The position numbers and the translations under genes were made by a program. Below, piece by piece: positions 10,184 through 19,983 of a stretch of DNA of 64,000 nucleotides (the first letter of the stretch is position 1; each line of letters begins with the position of its first letter). This DNA is from Methanothrix sp. GTDB taxonomy: Archaea; Halobacteriota; Methanosarcinia; Methanotrichales; Methanotrichaceae. The DNA lies in assembly GCA_026394475.1 (NCBI GenBank), contig JAPKYD010000108.1, positions 2,559-66,558 of the forward strand. Reading direction: 5' to 3'. Under the pieces are notes generated by a model that did no database searches, was not told the DNA's origin, and saw only the letters and a program-made list of their open reading frames with translations.

Positions 10184-11974
10184 GTGAGAATGATCGAAAG
10201 GTGGATCGCCCTGGCAGGCGAAGAAGCGGGCCCCCCCTCGAACAAGATGGGCGGCATCTGGAACGTGGTGGATGCCGAGGCGGTGATGCTGGCTCGGCTG
10301 GCGTCCAAGGGGTCCATCGAAAGCGGTCTCAAGATCCTGGTCCTGGGCCCAAACTTTCCCACTTTGGGCTCGGATTGGAACACGGGAAAGAATCGCGTCA
10401 CGGATCTATCAGGCTACGAGAAGCTGTCTTTAGGTCCTGAGCTGGATTCGGTTTTGGCCGACTTGCACACCTCAGGCATTGAGACTGTCGCCGGCCAGAG
10501 AACGGTGGAGGGCACTCCCATCGGGTATGTGCTCTTCAACACCAACTATTATCCGTCCCGCACCGTTCGCTGGAGAAACCAGGAGCTTACCTTGAATAAT
10601 GTCATCAAGACGGAGGCCTTTGATCTGGCAGGCCTCGACTCGATGCAGTTTGAGAGAACCCACTATGGTGCGGAGTACAATCACTACTTGAATCTATCCT
10701 ATGCCATATCCGAGCTGGTGCGCTGCCTCTCTCAGTCCCATGAAGAGATGGCTGAGAAGTATGAGGACAAGGCAGTATCGGAGTTTGCTAAGTCCGTGAT
10801 GCCCAAGGTTAGAGTCTCCCTGCACTGCCATGAGTTTGGCGTCTTCTATGCCGTGGCCAGGCTGAAGAAGCTGGGCATTCCGGTGCAATCCGTTTGCACC
10901 CTTCATGCTACTGTTCCCGGGCGGACAGTGGGCTACAGGTCGCTGCAGAAGATTGCAGAGAATGATTCCAGGATGGAGCCCGGAACCCCTCTGGGCTTTG
11001 CCACCCTGGAAGCTCTGGCCCGCTACGCTGATGCCGTCACCTTTGTAGGCGATTCGACCATGAAGGAGGCCATGCTCTTCTACCGCCTGAAAGGCATCAT
11101 CATACGAAATGGAATTGAGGTAGATCGGGAAGATATCGACTGGGAAAAGAAAGATCGCTGTCGGGCTAGGATCCAGAAGTTTCTGGCCGACAATCTCTAC
11201 AAGTTCTGCGACGGTCAGTGTGTGGACCCAGAAAACTTAATCCCTATTTTCACCATCTCTCGCATCGAGATTGAGAACAAGGGATATCCTCAGCTCCTCG
11301 ATGCCCTGATGCTTCAGGATCATCTGCTCAAGCACAGGGTAATCGGCCAGCGCCATGCGGATGACACGCGAGTGGTGTGCTTCTTGATCGCAGCTCATGG
11401 ACCAAAAGACAAGGAAAAGCTGCCCGAGGGATTCCCCATCAATCTGACCCCTGAAGTTCTGGTGGGCGAGGAGATCCGTCTGGAGAATATGATCAAGGAT
11501 AAGGGCTTGGACGAGAGAGAGCTGATCTCCGGCAAGAGACGTGTCGCTGCCCTGCTCTATCCTCAGTGGGTGGGACCGGAGGACGGCGGCCTGGGGATGC
11601 GGTCGGATGAGATCATGGCCGGCTGTGTCGCCGGAATATTTCCGTCACAGTACGAGCCCTTCCTTCTCACTGCCCTGGAAGCGGGGAGAGAGGGCACGCC
11701 CAGCATCGTGAGCCGATCCGCGGGCTACAGCGATGCTCTTAAAAAAATCAAGCATCGCGTGCCGGGCCTGGGTGGTGTGGTGATAGTGGACAACCTGGAG
11801 GCACAGCCTCAGGAGACGGTTCTGGACTACGCTCTGGCCATGGACTACTTCGCCTGGACCTATCTGGAGGACGAGGTCAAGTACCGGCTGCTCTGCGAGG
11901 AGTCCTTCTCCCTGGCCAAGCAGTTCAGCTGGAAGGAGCCAGTCATAGAATATTATAAAAATCTCGTGGTTTAG
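10184..11974 (+). CDS. Glycogen synthase, GT3 (eukaryote/Bacteroidetes-type) family
   Basis: NKMGGI, HCHEF, TLHATVPGR, SRIEIENKG and GIFPSQYEPF match GT3 motifs (NKVGGI, HFHEW, TTHATLLGR, GRYEFSNKG, GVFPSYYEPW). Confidence 0.8.
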   Translation: MRMIERWIALAGEEAGPPSNKMGGIWNVVDAEAVMLARLASKGSIESGLKILVLGPNFPTLGSDWNTGKNRVTDLSGYEKLSLGPELDSVLADLHTSGIETVAGQRTVEGTPIGYVLFNTNYYPSRTVRWRNQELTLNNVIKTEAFDLAGLDSMQFERTHYGAEYNHYLNLSYAISELVRCLSQSHEEMAEKYEDKAVSEFAKSVMPKVRVSLHCHEFGVFYAVARLKKLGIPVQSVCTLHATVPGRTVGYRSLQKIAENDSRMEPGTPLGFATLEALARYADAVTFVGDSTMKEAMLFYRLKGIIIRNGIEVDREDIDWEKKDRCRARIQKFLADNLYKFCDGQCVDPENLIPIFTISRIEIENKGYPQLLDALMLQDHLLKHRVIGQRHADDTRVVCFLIAAHGPKDKEKLPEGFPINLTPEVLVGEEIRLENMIKDKGLDERELISGKRRVAALLYPQWVGPEDGGLGMRSDEIMAGCVAGIFPSQYEPFLLTALEAGREGTPSIVSRSAGYSDALKKIKHRVPGLGGVVIVDNLEAQPQETVLDYALAMDYFAWTYLEDEVKYRLLCEESFSLAKQFSWKEPVIEYYKNLVV

Positions 11975-11995
11975 ATTCCGACCTGGTGTTAAAAA

Positions 11996-13204
11996 ATGAG
12001 AATTGCCTACTTTTGCAATGAGTATCCTCCTCTTATTTACGGAGGTCTGGGAGTGTATGCGGACAACATCTCTCACCAGCTCAACCTTCTCGGTCAGAGG
12101 ATCTCGGTCTTCACCTGGGGCAATGGCGCTCTGCCCGAGCACGAGATTGCAGACGGCGTGGAGGTCTTCAGGGAGAATCCCGTTCCCATGAAGGACGGCA
12201 TGGAGATCTTCCTCTCGCCCCAGACCCTGGCCTGGGGAGCAGGTTTGAGATTTCTGCTCGATCTTCTCAGCTACAACCAGCTTTCGGCCGCGGACCTCCT
12301 GGCAAGAGGGCCTTTTGACCTTTGCGTGGCCCATGATTGGCTCGGCCTGCCGGGAGGCATGGCCGGGAGGAGAGCAAGGGTTCCCATGATCTATCATGTG
12401 CACGGCCTGGAGATCGGCAGGTCGGAGACTCCTAACCCCCAGCTGGTGGCTCTGGAGAAGCGAGGCGCCGAGGTGGCGGATCTGGTCATCACAGTGTCCG
12501 AAGCCATGAAGCAGGAGCTTGGGGCCTTGGGAGTTCCGGCAGAGAAGGTTCGTGTCTGCTACCACGGCGTGAACGCCGAGTTTCTCGATCCGGATCGGGC
12601 TGATCCAGAGCATCTGGCAGCCCTTAGAAGGAGATACGGTTTCGAAGAGACGGATATCATCGTGCTATTCATGGGCAGGCTGGAGCCGGTGAAAGGCATC
12701 ATCCAGCTTTTTTCTGCCATCCCTGCCGTGGTGGCTAGGCATCCCAAGGTGAAGCTCCTGGTGGTGGGCAAGGGCTGCCTGGAAGATTGGGCGAGGCTTG
12801 AGGCGGAACGCCTGGGAGTCGTTACCCTGGTTACGGATTTCCTGGATGCCGAGGGGAAGATGTATCATTACGCTCTGGCGGATTTATGCGTATTTCCCAG
12901 CCTCTATGAGCCCTTCGGCATCGTGGCTCTGGAGGCAGCGGCCATGGGCAAGCCCGCCGTAGTGGGCGCTGCTGGCACGAGCGGCCTGCGGGAGATCGTG
13001 GAGATTCCTGTATCAGAAAAGCCCACGGGTGTCCACGTCAACGCTCGCGATCCGCGGGATTTGGCCTGGGGAATTAATCTCGCCCTGGCGGAGCCGGAGA
13101 GGCTAAAGGGTTGGGGAGAGAATGCCAGGGCGCGGGTGCTCGAAAAGTTCACCTGGCGCAAAGCCGCGGAGAAGACGCTGGAGATCTATAAAGAGGTGGC
13201 ATGA
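11996..13204 (+). CDS. GT4 glycosyltransferase (glycogen-synthase-like)
   Basis: EYPPLIYGGLG, AHDW, GRLEPVKG, PSLYEPFGIVALEA. Confidence 0.9.
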   Translation: MRIAYFCNEYPPLIYGGLGVYADNISHQLNLLGQRISVFTWGNGALPEHEIADGVEVFRENPVPMKDGMEIFLSPQTLAWGAGLRFLLDLLSYNQLSAADLLARGPFDLCVAHDWLGLPGGMAGRRARVPMIYHVHGLEIGRSETPNPQLVALEKRGAEVADLVITVSEAMKQELGALGVPAEKVRVCYHGVNAEFLDPDRADPEHLAALRRRYGFEETDIIVLFMGRLEPVKGIIQLFSAIPAVVARHPKVKLLVVGKGCLEDWARLEAERLGVVTLVTDFLDAEGKMYHYALADLCVFPSLYEPFGIVALEAAAMGKPAVVGAAGTSGLREIVEIPVSEKPTGVHVNARDPRDLAWGINLALAEPERLKGWGENARARVLEKFTWRKAAEKTLEIYKEVA

Positions 13205-14169
13205 TGCCGGAGCTCCGCAGGCACTACTTTCTGGACGAGTACTGCATCATCGCATCGGAGAGAAAGAAGAGACCATCGGATTTCCGGCTGCAAGAGGCCG
13301 AGGCGGGAGATGAGAAAAACTGCCCTTTCTGTCCGGGAAACGAGGAGATGACGCCTCCTGCATCAGCCGTTTACACGGAGCAAGGGGTGCTGGCCGATGG
13401 ATCGGAGAGGATTCGAAACTGGAAGATGAGGGTTTTTCCCAATCTCTTTGCGGCCATGGTCCCCAGCCCCTCTCCACCCACCGCAGAATGGATAGCACTG
13501 CCTGGCCACGGCCATCATGAAGTGATAGTGGATTCGCCAAAGCATCGGGATAACCCGGCGGATTTCGGCCAGGAACACATGGAGCTGCTTTTACAGGCCT
13601 ACAGGGACCGCTATGCCCATTACCGCTACATGAGCGGGGTGAACTACATATCCATCTTCAAGAACTGGGGTACAAAGGCAGGAGCATCTCTCTTTCACAG
13701 CCATTCCCAGGTCATCGCCATACCCATAATGCCGCCTCCAATAAAAAGAGAGCTGGATGTCATCTCCACGGCATCTTTCTGCCTTTTCTGCAATATCGCG
13801 GAGCGTGAGGCGACATCCAACCGGCTCATTGCCCAGAACGATAGCTGGATCCTCATTGCACCCTTTTATTCCCAGGCGCCCTACGAGGCCTGGATTCTGC
13901 CCAAAAGGCATGTCAGCAACCTGGAGGAGATGACACAAGAAGATTGCAGAGGTCTGGCCTCCCTGCTGAAGAAGGCCCTGATGAGCCTGCGAATCCTCTT
14001 GGAAGATCCGCCCTATAATTTAATGATTTATCAACTTCCTTTTGGCTATCATCTCAACATCAGGATTCAGCCTGCCGTTTCCAAGATTGCGGGTTTCGAG
14101 AGGGGCACTGGCATCTACATAAACTCCGTTCCGCCGGAGCAAGCTGCGGCTGAACTCCGCCAGGCATAA
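13201..14169 (+). CDS. galT: GalT-family (HIT-like) hexose-1-phosphate nucleotidyltransferase
   Basis: ELRRH..., ERKKRP, CPFCPGNE, GHHEVIVDSP, KNWG..AGASLFHSHSQ (HxHxQ). Confidence 0.85.
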   Translation: MMPELRRHYFLDEYCIIASERKKRPSDFRLQEAEAGDEKNCPFCPGNEEMTPPASAVYTEQGVLADGSERIRNWKMRVFPNLFAAMVPSPSPPTAEWIALPGHGHHEVIVDSPKHRDNPADFGQEHMELLLQAYRDRYAHYRYMSGVNYISIFKNWGTKAGASLFHSHSQVIAIPIMPPPIKRELDVISTASFCLFCNIAEREATSNRLIAQNDSWILIAPFYSQAPYEAWILPKRHVSNLEEMTQEDCRGLASLLKKALMSLRILLEDPPYNLMIYQLPFGYHLNIRIQPAVSKIAGFERGTGIYINSVPPEQAAAELRQA

Positions 14170-14354
14170 ACGAACGCCGAAAGGTTAATCAATTATCGGT
14201 CTACAAAAGTATCACTGGATGTCTATTTCCTGACGCGGGACTTTCTTAAAAAGTGGCCTAACTAGACAAAAACGGTGTCAAATTCATGTATTAATGATAA
14301 TCGTAGCGGCGGGCGATCATGAGGACCACATAGTGATGACAGATCGGTGAAGAG

Positions 14355-15530
14355 ATGCGAATTGGAATGCTCTCCTGGGAGAGCTTATACTCAATAAAGG
14401 TGGGAGGCGTTGCTCCTCATGTATCGGAGCTCTCTGAGGCTCTGGCGCGAAGGGGCCACGAGGTTCATGTTTTTACTCGCAGAGGAGATTTCGAATCCTA
14501 CGATAAGATCAACGGCGTCCATTACCAGAGGGCAGACGTGGACAGCTCCGGGGACGCGCTTGCTCAGATGGACAGGATGAGCAATGCGCTCTACGATCGT
14601 TTTGGGGCGGTGCAAAAGCTCTTCGGCGCCTTTGATGTTGTGCATGGTCATGACTGGCATGCGGTTCTGGCCTTGTCTCGCATAAAGAAAGAATACGGCC
14701 TGCCCTTCGTTCTGACCATGCACAGCACAGAGTGGGGCAGGAACGGCAACAACTTCGGATACGGTATATCCCAGGAGATCTCCCACCGCGAGTGGCTGGG
14801 ATGCTACGAGGCATCAGGGGTGATCGTCACCACGATACGCATGCAGGATGAGCTGATGTGGATCTACTCCCTGCCCCCAGGAAAGATACACATCATACCG
14901 AACGGCATCGTGCTGGGAAAGATGAAGCGCGGCTTGGACGCCGGGCGGGTCAAGGAGAAGTACGGCATCCATCCCCTTGCGCCCATGGTGCTCTTCTGCG
15001 GCCGCATGAGCGTCCAAAAGGGGCCAGATCTCCTGGTGGAGGCCATTCCTCAGGTCTTGGGGAACAGATCTGATGTTCGTTTCGTCTTCATGGGCGAGGG
15101 CGGCATGAGAGCAGAATGCGAGCGCAGGGCCCGAGAGCTGGGTGTGGCAAATGCCTGCAGGTTTTTGGGCTACACCTCCAGCTCCGAGAAGGAGGAGCTG
15201 ATAAATGCCTGCGACCTGATGTGCGTTCCCAGCCGGAACGAGCCCTTCGGGGTAGTGGTGCTGGAGGCCTGGGACGCCTGCAAGCCTGTAGTGGCGACGG
15301 AGGCAGTGAGCATCATAAGGAACTTCGAGGACGGCCTTCTGGCCTATGTGCAGCCGGAGTCCATCGCCTGGTGCATAAACCGTCTATTGAGCAATCCGGC
15401 AGAGATGAAGAAGCTGGCCCAGGCAGGGCACAGTAGGATCGATGCCGAGTTCAGCTGGGATCGCATCGCCAAGAGGACGGAAGAGGTCTATCTGCAGGCT
15501 CTGAACCAGGGCCACGAGGCGGCCTCTTAG
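14355..15530 (+). CDS. GT4 glycosyltransferase
   Basis: WESLYSIKVGGVAPHV, HGHDW, GRMSVQKG, PSRNEPFGVVVLEA. Confidence 0.9.
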   Translation: MRIGMLSWESLYSIKVGGVAPHVSELSEALARRGHEVHVFTRRGDFESYDKINGVHYQRADVDSSGDALAQMDRMSNALYDRFGAVQKLFGAFDVVHGHDWHAVLALSRIKKEYGLPFVLTMHSTEWGRNGNNFGYGISQEISHREWLGCYEASGVIVTTIRMQDELMWIYSLPPGKIHIIPNGIVLGKMKRGLDAGRVKEKYGIHPLAPMVLFCGRMSVQKGPDLLVEAIPQVLGNRSDVRFVFMGEGGMRAECERRARELGVANACRFLGYTSSSEKEELINACDLMCVPSRNEPFGVVVLEAWDACKPVVATEAVSIIRNFEDGLLAYVQPESIAWCINRLLSNPAEMKKLAQAGHSRIDAEFSWDRIAKRTEEVYLQALNQGHEAAS

Positions 15531-15621
15531 ACTTGTCTTGACGCCGAGATGAATTTGACGGCCGGGCCTCCGGGATTCTAACCGAAAGGTTCATGAATGG
15601 AGAGCACAAGGGGCTCTTGGC

Positions 15622-15695
15622 GCCTCGATAGCTTAGCTCGGTATAGCGCGTCCTTGGTAAGGACGAGGTCGCGGGTTCGAATCCCGCCCGGGGCT
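15622..15695 (+). tRNA. tRNA-Thr (GGT)
   Basis: Cloverleaf: acceptor GCCTCGA/CCGGGGC, anticodon arm CGTCC-TTGGTAA-GGACG, T arm GCGGG-TTCGAAT-CCCGC. No encoded CCA. Upstream CCGAAAGGTTCAT promoter-like element; downstream T-run. Confidence 0.95.
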
Positions 15696-15767
15696 TAATT
15701 TTTGATGATTCAAAATAAATTAATATTCATAGATGGTGGACATTACGATGTTGCGAATGAACCATTC

Positions 15768-16529
15768 TCATAACGGAAGCTCAAAGAACTTGGCTGCTTT
15801 GTTCCCCGCCGCACTACTCGCTTCTATCCCTACGATGTAGGGTCCTGGGCTGGCCGTCCTTCCTTCCAGTGTGAGGGTGTAATGCTGAATGGGCGATCTC
15901 TCCAGAACCAGGGCCGGGAATGGATTTAGGCCAGTATCCTGGTTCAGCAAGAGGAAGCGGAGGGACGATCGACCCACGCTCAAAGAGATATTGTCCTGAA
16001 CATAGCGGCCATAGGAGGTCTCGGGGCTGACCGCCCTCAACAGCTCTCTTGATTTATAAAATTCGTTGCCAGAGAGGTCCCTCAGGGAATGGAACTGGCC
16101 TTCCTCGTCAAAATATGCCGTGGTTGCTATCGGCGGCCATCCGGGCGAAATATTCAGGAGGCAGGGGGCGGAGTAGACCAGATAGGGAGCCTCTTCGGCA
16201 GAAGGATCGATGGTCTTGACCACCAGCGCCGGCTCAATGAGGTGCGTGCCGTTGGAGATCCTCCAAGTCCGCCAGGGCCAGCGGAAGCTCACGGAGACTT
16301 TTGATCCCTGAAGGATCCTCTGCTCAGTCCAGACCACATCGCCGCTTTTTTTCTCCAGAATATACAGCGTGGCGCTGGCCAGCCCATTGGGGTCTGCAAT
16401 ATCGGCCAGGACGGTCAGGTTGTTCCCTTCCCGAGTTTCCGTTAATTGAATTTCAGGTTGGGTGCATTGGGCTGGCAAAGAGAAGATGAGCATCAGAAAG
16501 AGGATCAACAGCCCGGTCCTAGGATGCAT
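15768..16529 (-). CDS. Hypothetical secreted protein
   Basis: N-terminal signal peptide (LLILFLMLIFSLPAQC); 253-aa ORF overlapping the upstream gene. Confidence 0.65.
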   Translation of the reverse strand: MHPRTGLLILFLMLIFSLPAQCTQPEIQLTETREGNNLTVLADIADPNGLASATLYILEKKSGDVVWTEQRILQGSKVSVSFRWPWRTWRISNGTHLIEPALVVKTIDPSAEEAPYLVYSAPCLLNISPGWPPIATTAYFDEEGQFHSLRDLSGNEFYKSRELLRAVSPETSYGRYVQDNISLSVGRSSLRFLLLNQDTGLNPFPALVLERSPIQHYTLTLEGRTASPGPYIVGIEASSAAGNKAAKFFELPL

Positions 16530-17373
16530 GGTAGCTCACCGCGAATATCCTTTCTTCCAGGGAAGGCTTCGTGGGGCAGCAAACCAGCCAGTCATCATCA
16601 TTGTTCAGGTAGCCTCTGTTAAGGGATGCCATGAATATGTGCCGGTTCAATTGGAATTTTCCGGCATAGGTTTCCAGGCCTTCGCTAGTGGTAGTGTGTC
16701 TCTCTTTGGTCATGGTATGGCCTTCGGCCTGTCTGTACTTGAAGCTGGCAAGTCCCTGAAAGCGGGAATTCAGCTGGTAGTCTATGCTTTTGGTAGGGAG
16801 AAATTGGTCGGTGTAGATGGCCTTGGTCGAGTCGTTCATGCCCAACTCAAACCAGGCCTTATTGAGATAGAGGAGACAGGAGCGGTCCATCTTGAGGTCC
16901 TTGGCAAAGGAGTAGGATGCTCCCACGTAGTCGAGGTTGTTGCCGAAGATATCCTGGTCGGAGATTCCTTTGCCCAGATAATCGATGCTTCTCCTGGCGA
17001 ACATGGCAACGGGCCAGCTCTCGTTAACGGTAATCCTGTAGTTCTGGCCTCCGGAAAATTTCTCAATGGTGTACTCCCAAGGATTTGTTGTATCAGCTAT
17101 GAGGCGTATGCGCTCTGCCGTATCCAGAGTGTCGTGGGCAGCTGCGATCCTCTCTCTCATGCGCACATCGTTGAAGTCTGTCTCAGTGTAGCGATAGAAG
17201 GTTCCTTCCCCGATAGCTGATCCGGAGATATCGAGAGATATATTGCTGCTCTGCCGAACGCCTGTAGTCCAGCCTGTGTCTCCCTCTGTGACCTGGTAAT
17301 ATCGGCAGGAGCCAAATTCGCAGAGGATGAGGAGGACGGCCAGGAGCAGAAAGAGACGCACTTGGAATTCCAA
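16519..17373 (-). CDS. Hypothetical secreted beta-rich protein
   Basis: TTG start at 17373 after an AAGGAG RBS; signal peptide LFLLLAVLLILCEFGSC; C-terminal DWLVCC. Confidence 0.65.
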   Translation of the reverse strand: MEFQVRLFLLLAVLLILCEFGSCRYYQVTEGDTGWTTGVRQSSNISLDISGSAIGEGTFYRYTETDFNDVRMRERIAAAHDTLDTAERIRLIADTTNPWEYTIEKFSGGQNYRITVNESWPVAMFARRSIDYLGKGISDQDIFGNNLDYVGASYSFAKDLKMDRSCLLYLNKAWFELGMNDSTKAIYTDQFLPTKSIDYQLNSRFQGLASFKYRQAEGHTMTKERHTTTSEGLETYAGKFQLNRHIFMASLNRGYLNNDDDWLVCCPTKPSLEERIFAVSYHAS

Positions 17374-17582
17374 TTGAAAATCTCCTTTTGGTGGGTGGGA
17401 TCTCTCACGTTTATAAAAGCATTTCCAATGGCTCATAATTCTCGATAGATTCGCCTGCAACCCGATCTTCGCCTCTATGGCTCTGTGGCTGAAAGCCCGG
17501 CCCCGTGCATCGGATTTATGTGGAGCTGGCCTGGGGGCAGAAGGTTCCATGGTCCGGCCCTACGGCGCCATCGGCCGCCTCT

Positions 17583-18953
17583 CTAGACTATGGGCGTCAG
17601 GCTGATCCTGTTCCTCTCCTCCAGCAGCATGTTGTAGGGCTCTGTTCTCGGTATTATCCCATAAAGGCAGAGCCCTCCGTTCAGCTCGTTGACCAGGAAA
17701 TAGGTGTCGGCTGTATGGATGGCCATATTCATGCTCTCCTGGCCACTTTTTACTACTAATACGTTTATGTCGTTGGTCTCCTTCCAGTTGCTGATCATGA
17801 GGTTGGTTAAGTTCAGAACCTCTTTGTAGCCGAAGGCGAACTCGATGGCGTCCAGGCCGATGATGTTCAGTATAGGCCGGCCTGTCCTCTCCCTCAGAAC
17901 GTCCCACTTCTGCAACAGATCCTTTCCCCAGCTCTCCGGATCCTCTCCATGCGGCTGAGAGACGATCACATTCGTGGGAACGAAGATATCGCGCGAGCTG
18001 AGCTGATAGCCGATGCTGGGCAGGATGAAGACTCCCCGACCGTTCTTGATGGCGTTGGATGCCAGAGCCGTCAGGAGCTGGTAGTACCTCTTGCCCACGC
18101 CATGATCAATCTCCCACACATTGCACGATCCATACTTCAGACCGCCTGTGACCAAATCGAGATCCGGAATGCCGGTGGAGATTCTATCTTCTGCCGGGTC
18201 AGGCACTCTGACCATATCGCTGGCAATTCTGGCGTCGTTATGCTCTCGATAAGGCTCAAAGAAACTGAACCGGCCTTCGTGCAGTGTGGTGGTGTAGGTC
18301 TTCTGTCTGATCTCCACGCCCCGCAGCTTATCCAGCTTGATCTGCCGGACATAGCGCGTCCTCATGCTCCCTTCCGCATAGCCAGGCAGGCGGAACTGCT
18401 CCATGGTCACCACGCCGTCCACGATGTAGTCCAGGGGCATCACATCGGCGAACTCGCTGACAAAAATGAGATGCGTATCCAGATCCCGAGCAAATTCACA
18501 GATATTTTGCTCGAAACTGTGCTGAGAGCCTCCGATGAGATGGGATGTGTAGTTTAAGACCGCATCCCAGCTATCGATGATGATCATGGGGTTGTCCATC
18601 TCCTCCGCCTCATCGAAGAAGACCTTAAAGAAGTCCAGGACGGCGTAGTAGCTGGAGCGGTCCTTGCCCATTCCCTTCAGGCTCTCCAAGAGCTTGGTTT
18701 GGGTCGCATTTACCACATTCCTGGGTGGAACGACATCTTTCACCCAAGGATGGGTGGCATACAGCCTGTGCGGGTCTATGCGGGTGGATATGTACATCCC
18801 ATTTTTGTTCTCGCAAAGGCAGTTCATTATCTCCAGGGCCAGGGTGGTCTTGCCCGTTCCTGGCAGTCCTTTGATGAGAAGCGTCTGGCCGCCCTCTATC
18901 TTGAAGAAGTCCTTGATCTCAGCCGGTATGGACATCTGCTTTCCGCTTGGCAT
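17583..18953 (-). CDS. GvpD-like / KaiC-family double-domain P-loop ATPase (second domain degenerate)
   Basis: GQTLLIKGLPGTGKT, IIIDSWD, DYIVDGVV, KLRG. Second repeat begins RISTGIPDLDLVTGG but lacks an intact Walker A. Confidence 0.8.
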   Translation of the reverse strand: MPSGKQMSIPAEIKDFFKIEGGQTLLIKGLPGTGKTTLALEIMNCLCENKNGMYISTRIDPHRLYATHPWVKDVVPPRNVVNATQTKLLESLKGMGKDRSSYYAVLDFFKVFFDEAEEMDNPMIIIDSWDAVLNYTSHLIGGSQHSFEQNICEFARDLDTHLIFVSEFADVMPLDYIVDGVVTMEQFRLPGYAEGSMRTRYVRQIKLDKLRGVEIRQKTYTTTLHEGRFSFFEPYREHNDARIASDMVRVPDPAEDRISTGIPDLDLVTGGLKYGSCNVWEIDHGVGKRYYQLLTALASNAIKNGRGVFILPSIGYQLSSRDIFVPTNVIVSQPHGEDPESWGKDLLQKWDVLRERTGRPILNIIGLDAIEFAFGYKEVLNLTNLMISNWKETNDINVLVVKSGQESMNMAIHTADTYFLVNELNGGLCLYGIIPRTEPYNMLLEERNRISLTPIV

Positions 18954-18969
18954 GGCTCGTCTTCCTCGA

Positions 18970-19347
18970 TTAGCATGTGCTGGCAGCGTCACAGAGGCAT
19001 TTCTTGGCGCGTTTCATGAGGCTGCAAATCTGATCCGGATTCACCCGGAATGAAAAATAGATGGTCTTGTCCTCGCCGTCGCAGAGGTCTATGTCCACCA
19101 CGGGAAGAGCCTCGACCTTTAAGGCAGGCACATGCCCCTCGCCATGCTTCGCCATCGCGTTTTTGGTCCTCCAGAGCTTGGATGGTCCTACCTCCACAAA
19201 TTCGACCTGGCCCTCGGAGCTGAGCACAGAGAGGTACTTGATCACCGTGGTCTTGCTGACGCCAGCCCTCTTGGCCACGTCCACAGTGGTAAGACCCACA
19301 TCCGATTCCCCGATGACTTCCAGGATCCTTTCTTGGTATGAGGTCAT
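18970..19347 (-). CDS. Winged-helix DNA-binding protein with Cys-containing C-terminus
   Basis: LTTVDVAKRAGVSKTTVIKYLSVL..EG.V....VGPSKLW. Confidence 0.8.
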   Translation of the reverse strand: MTSYQERILEVIGESDVGLTTVDVAKRAGVSKTTVIKYLSVLSSEGQVEFVEVGPSKLWRTKNAMAKHGEGHVPALKVEALPVVDIDLCDGEDKTIYFSFRVNPDQICSLMKRAKKCLCDAASTC

Positions 19348-19983
19348 TTAGAGCCACCAACGCTCGGAAGAACGAATCTCATAGGCAATCATTATCCTTC
19401 CCTTATTTTCTCTCCCTATTTCTCATGCTCATATTTCTATTTTTCATATTAGGTAGCGTCTCATAATTTCTGTAATTTCTCAGTCCTGTATCCTGGCCTC
19501 AATCTATTTCTCTTCCATAGATAAGTACCTTTTACCCGTTAGACATTCTAGATTGATGTCCATGAGTATGGCGACTGCCAGCCTTAAGAGCGATCTATCG
19601 CTTGGAAACGCTCCTACAACTCTGCTTCTCCTTTTGAGTTCTTTGTCAATTCTTTCGAGTCCGTTAGTGGTTCTTATCTTTCTCCAATGCTCTCTTTGGA
19701 AAAGCCCTGTAATTCCATAGTTCTTGGCGGAACCTATCGATGGTGCTGGCCGAATATCTCCTCATTCGGCCTGAAGAGATGGGCGACCATTACACAAAAA
19801 GCTGTCAATCACACAAATAGCTATGCCTGGAAGAGATTTTTTAGGCCAGGTCCGATAATGATCGAATAAACGGCGAAAAGATGATCACCGATGGTGACAC
19901 AAATCCCGATTGATCCTTGGAATCAAGCTCGATTGTATGAATTGAGCGGTGAGGATCTCTACAGATAGTTTAGCGGGGTAGCG

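Noticed and set aside
15696-19350. Integrated element at tRNA-Thr
   Set aside because: No integrase, no duplicated tRNA 3' end seen, and composition is similar to the host.
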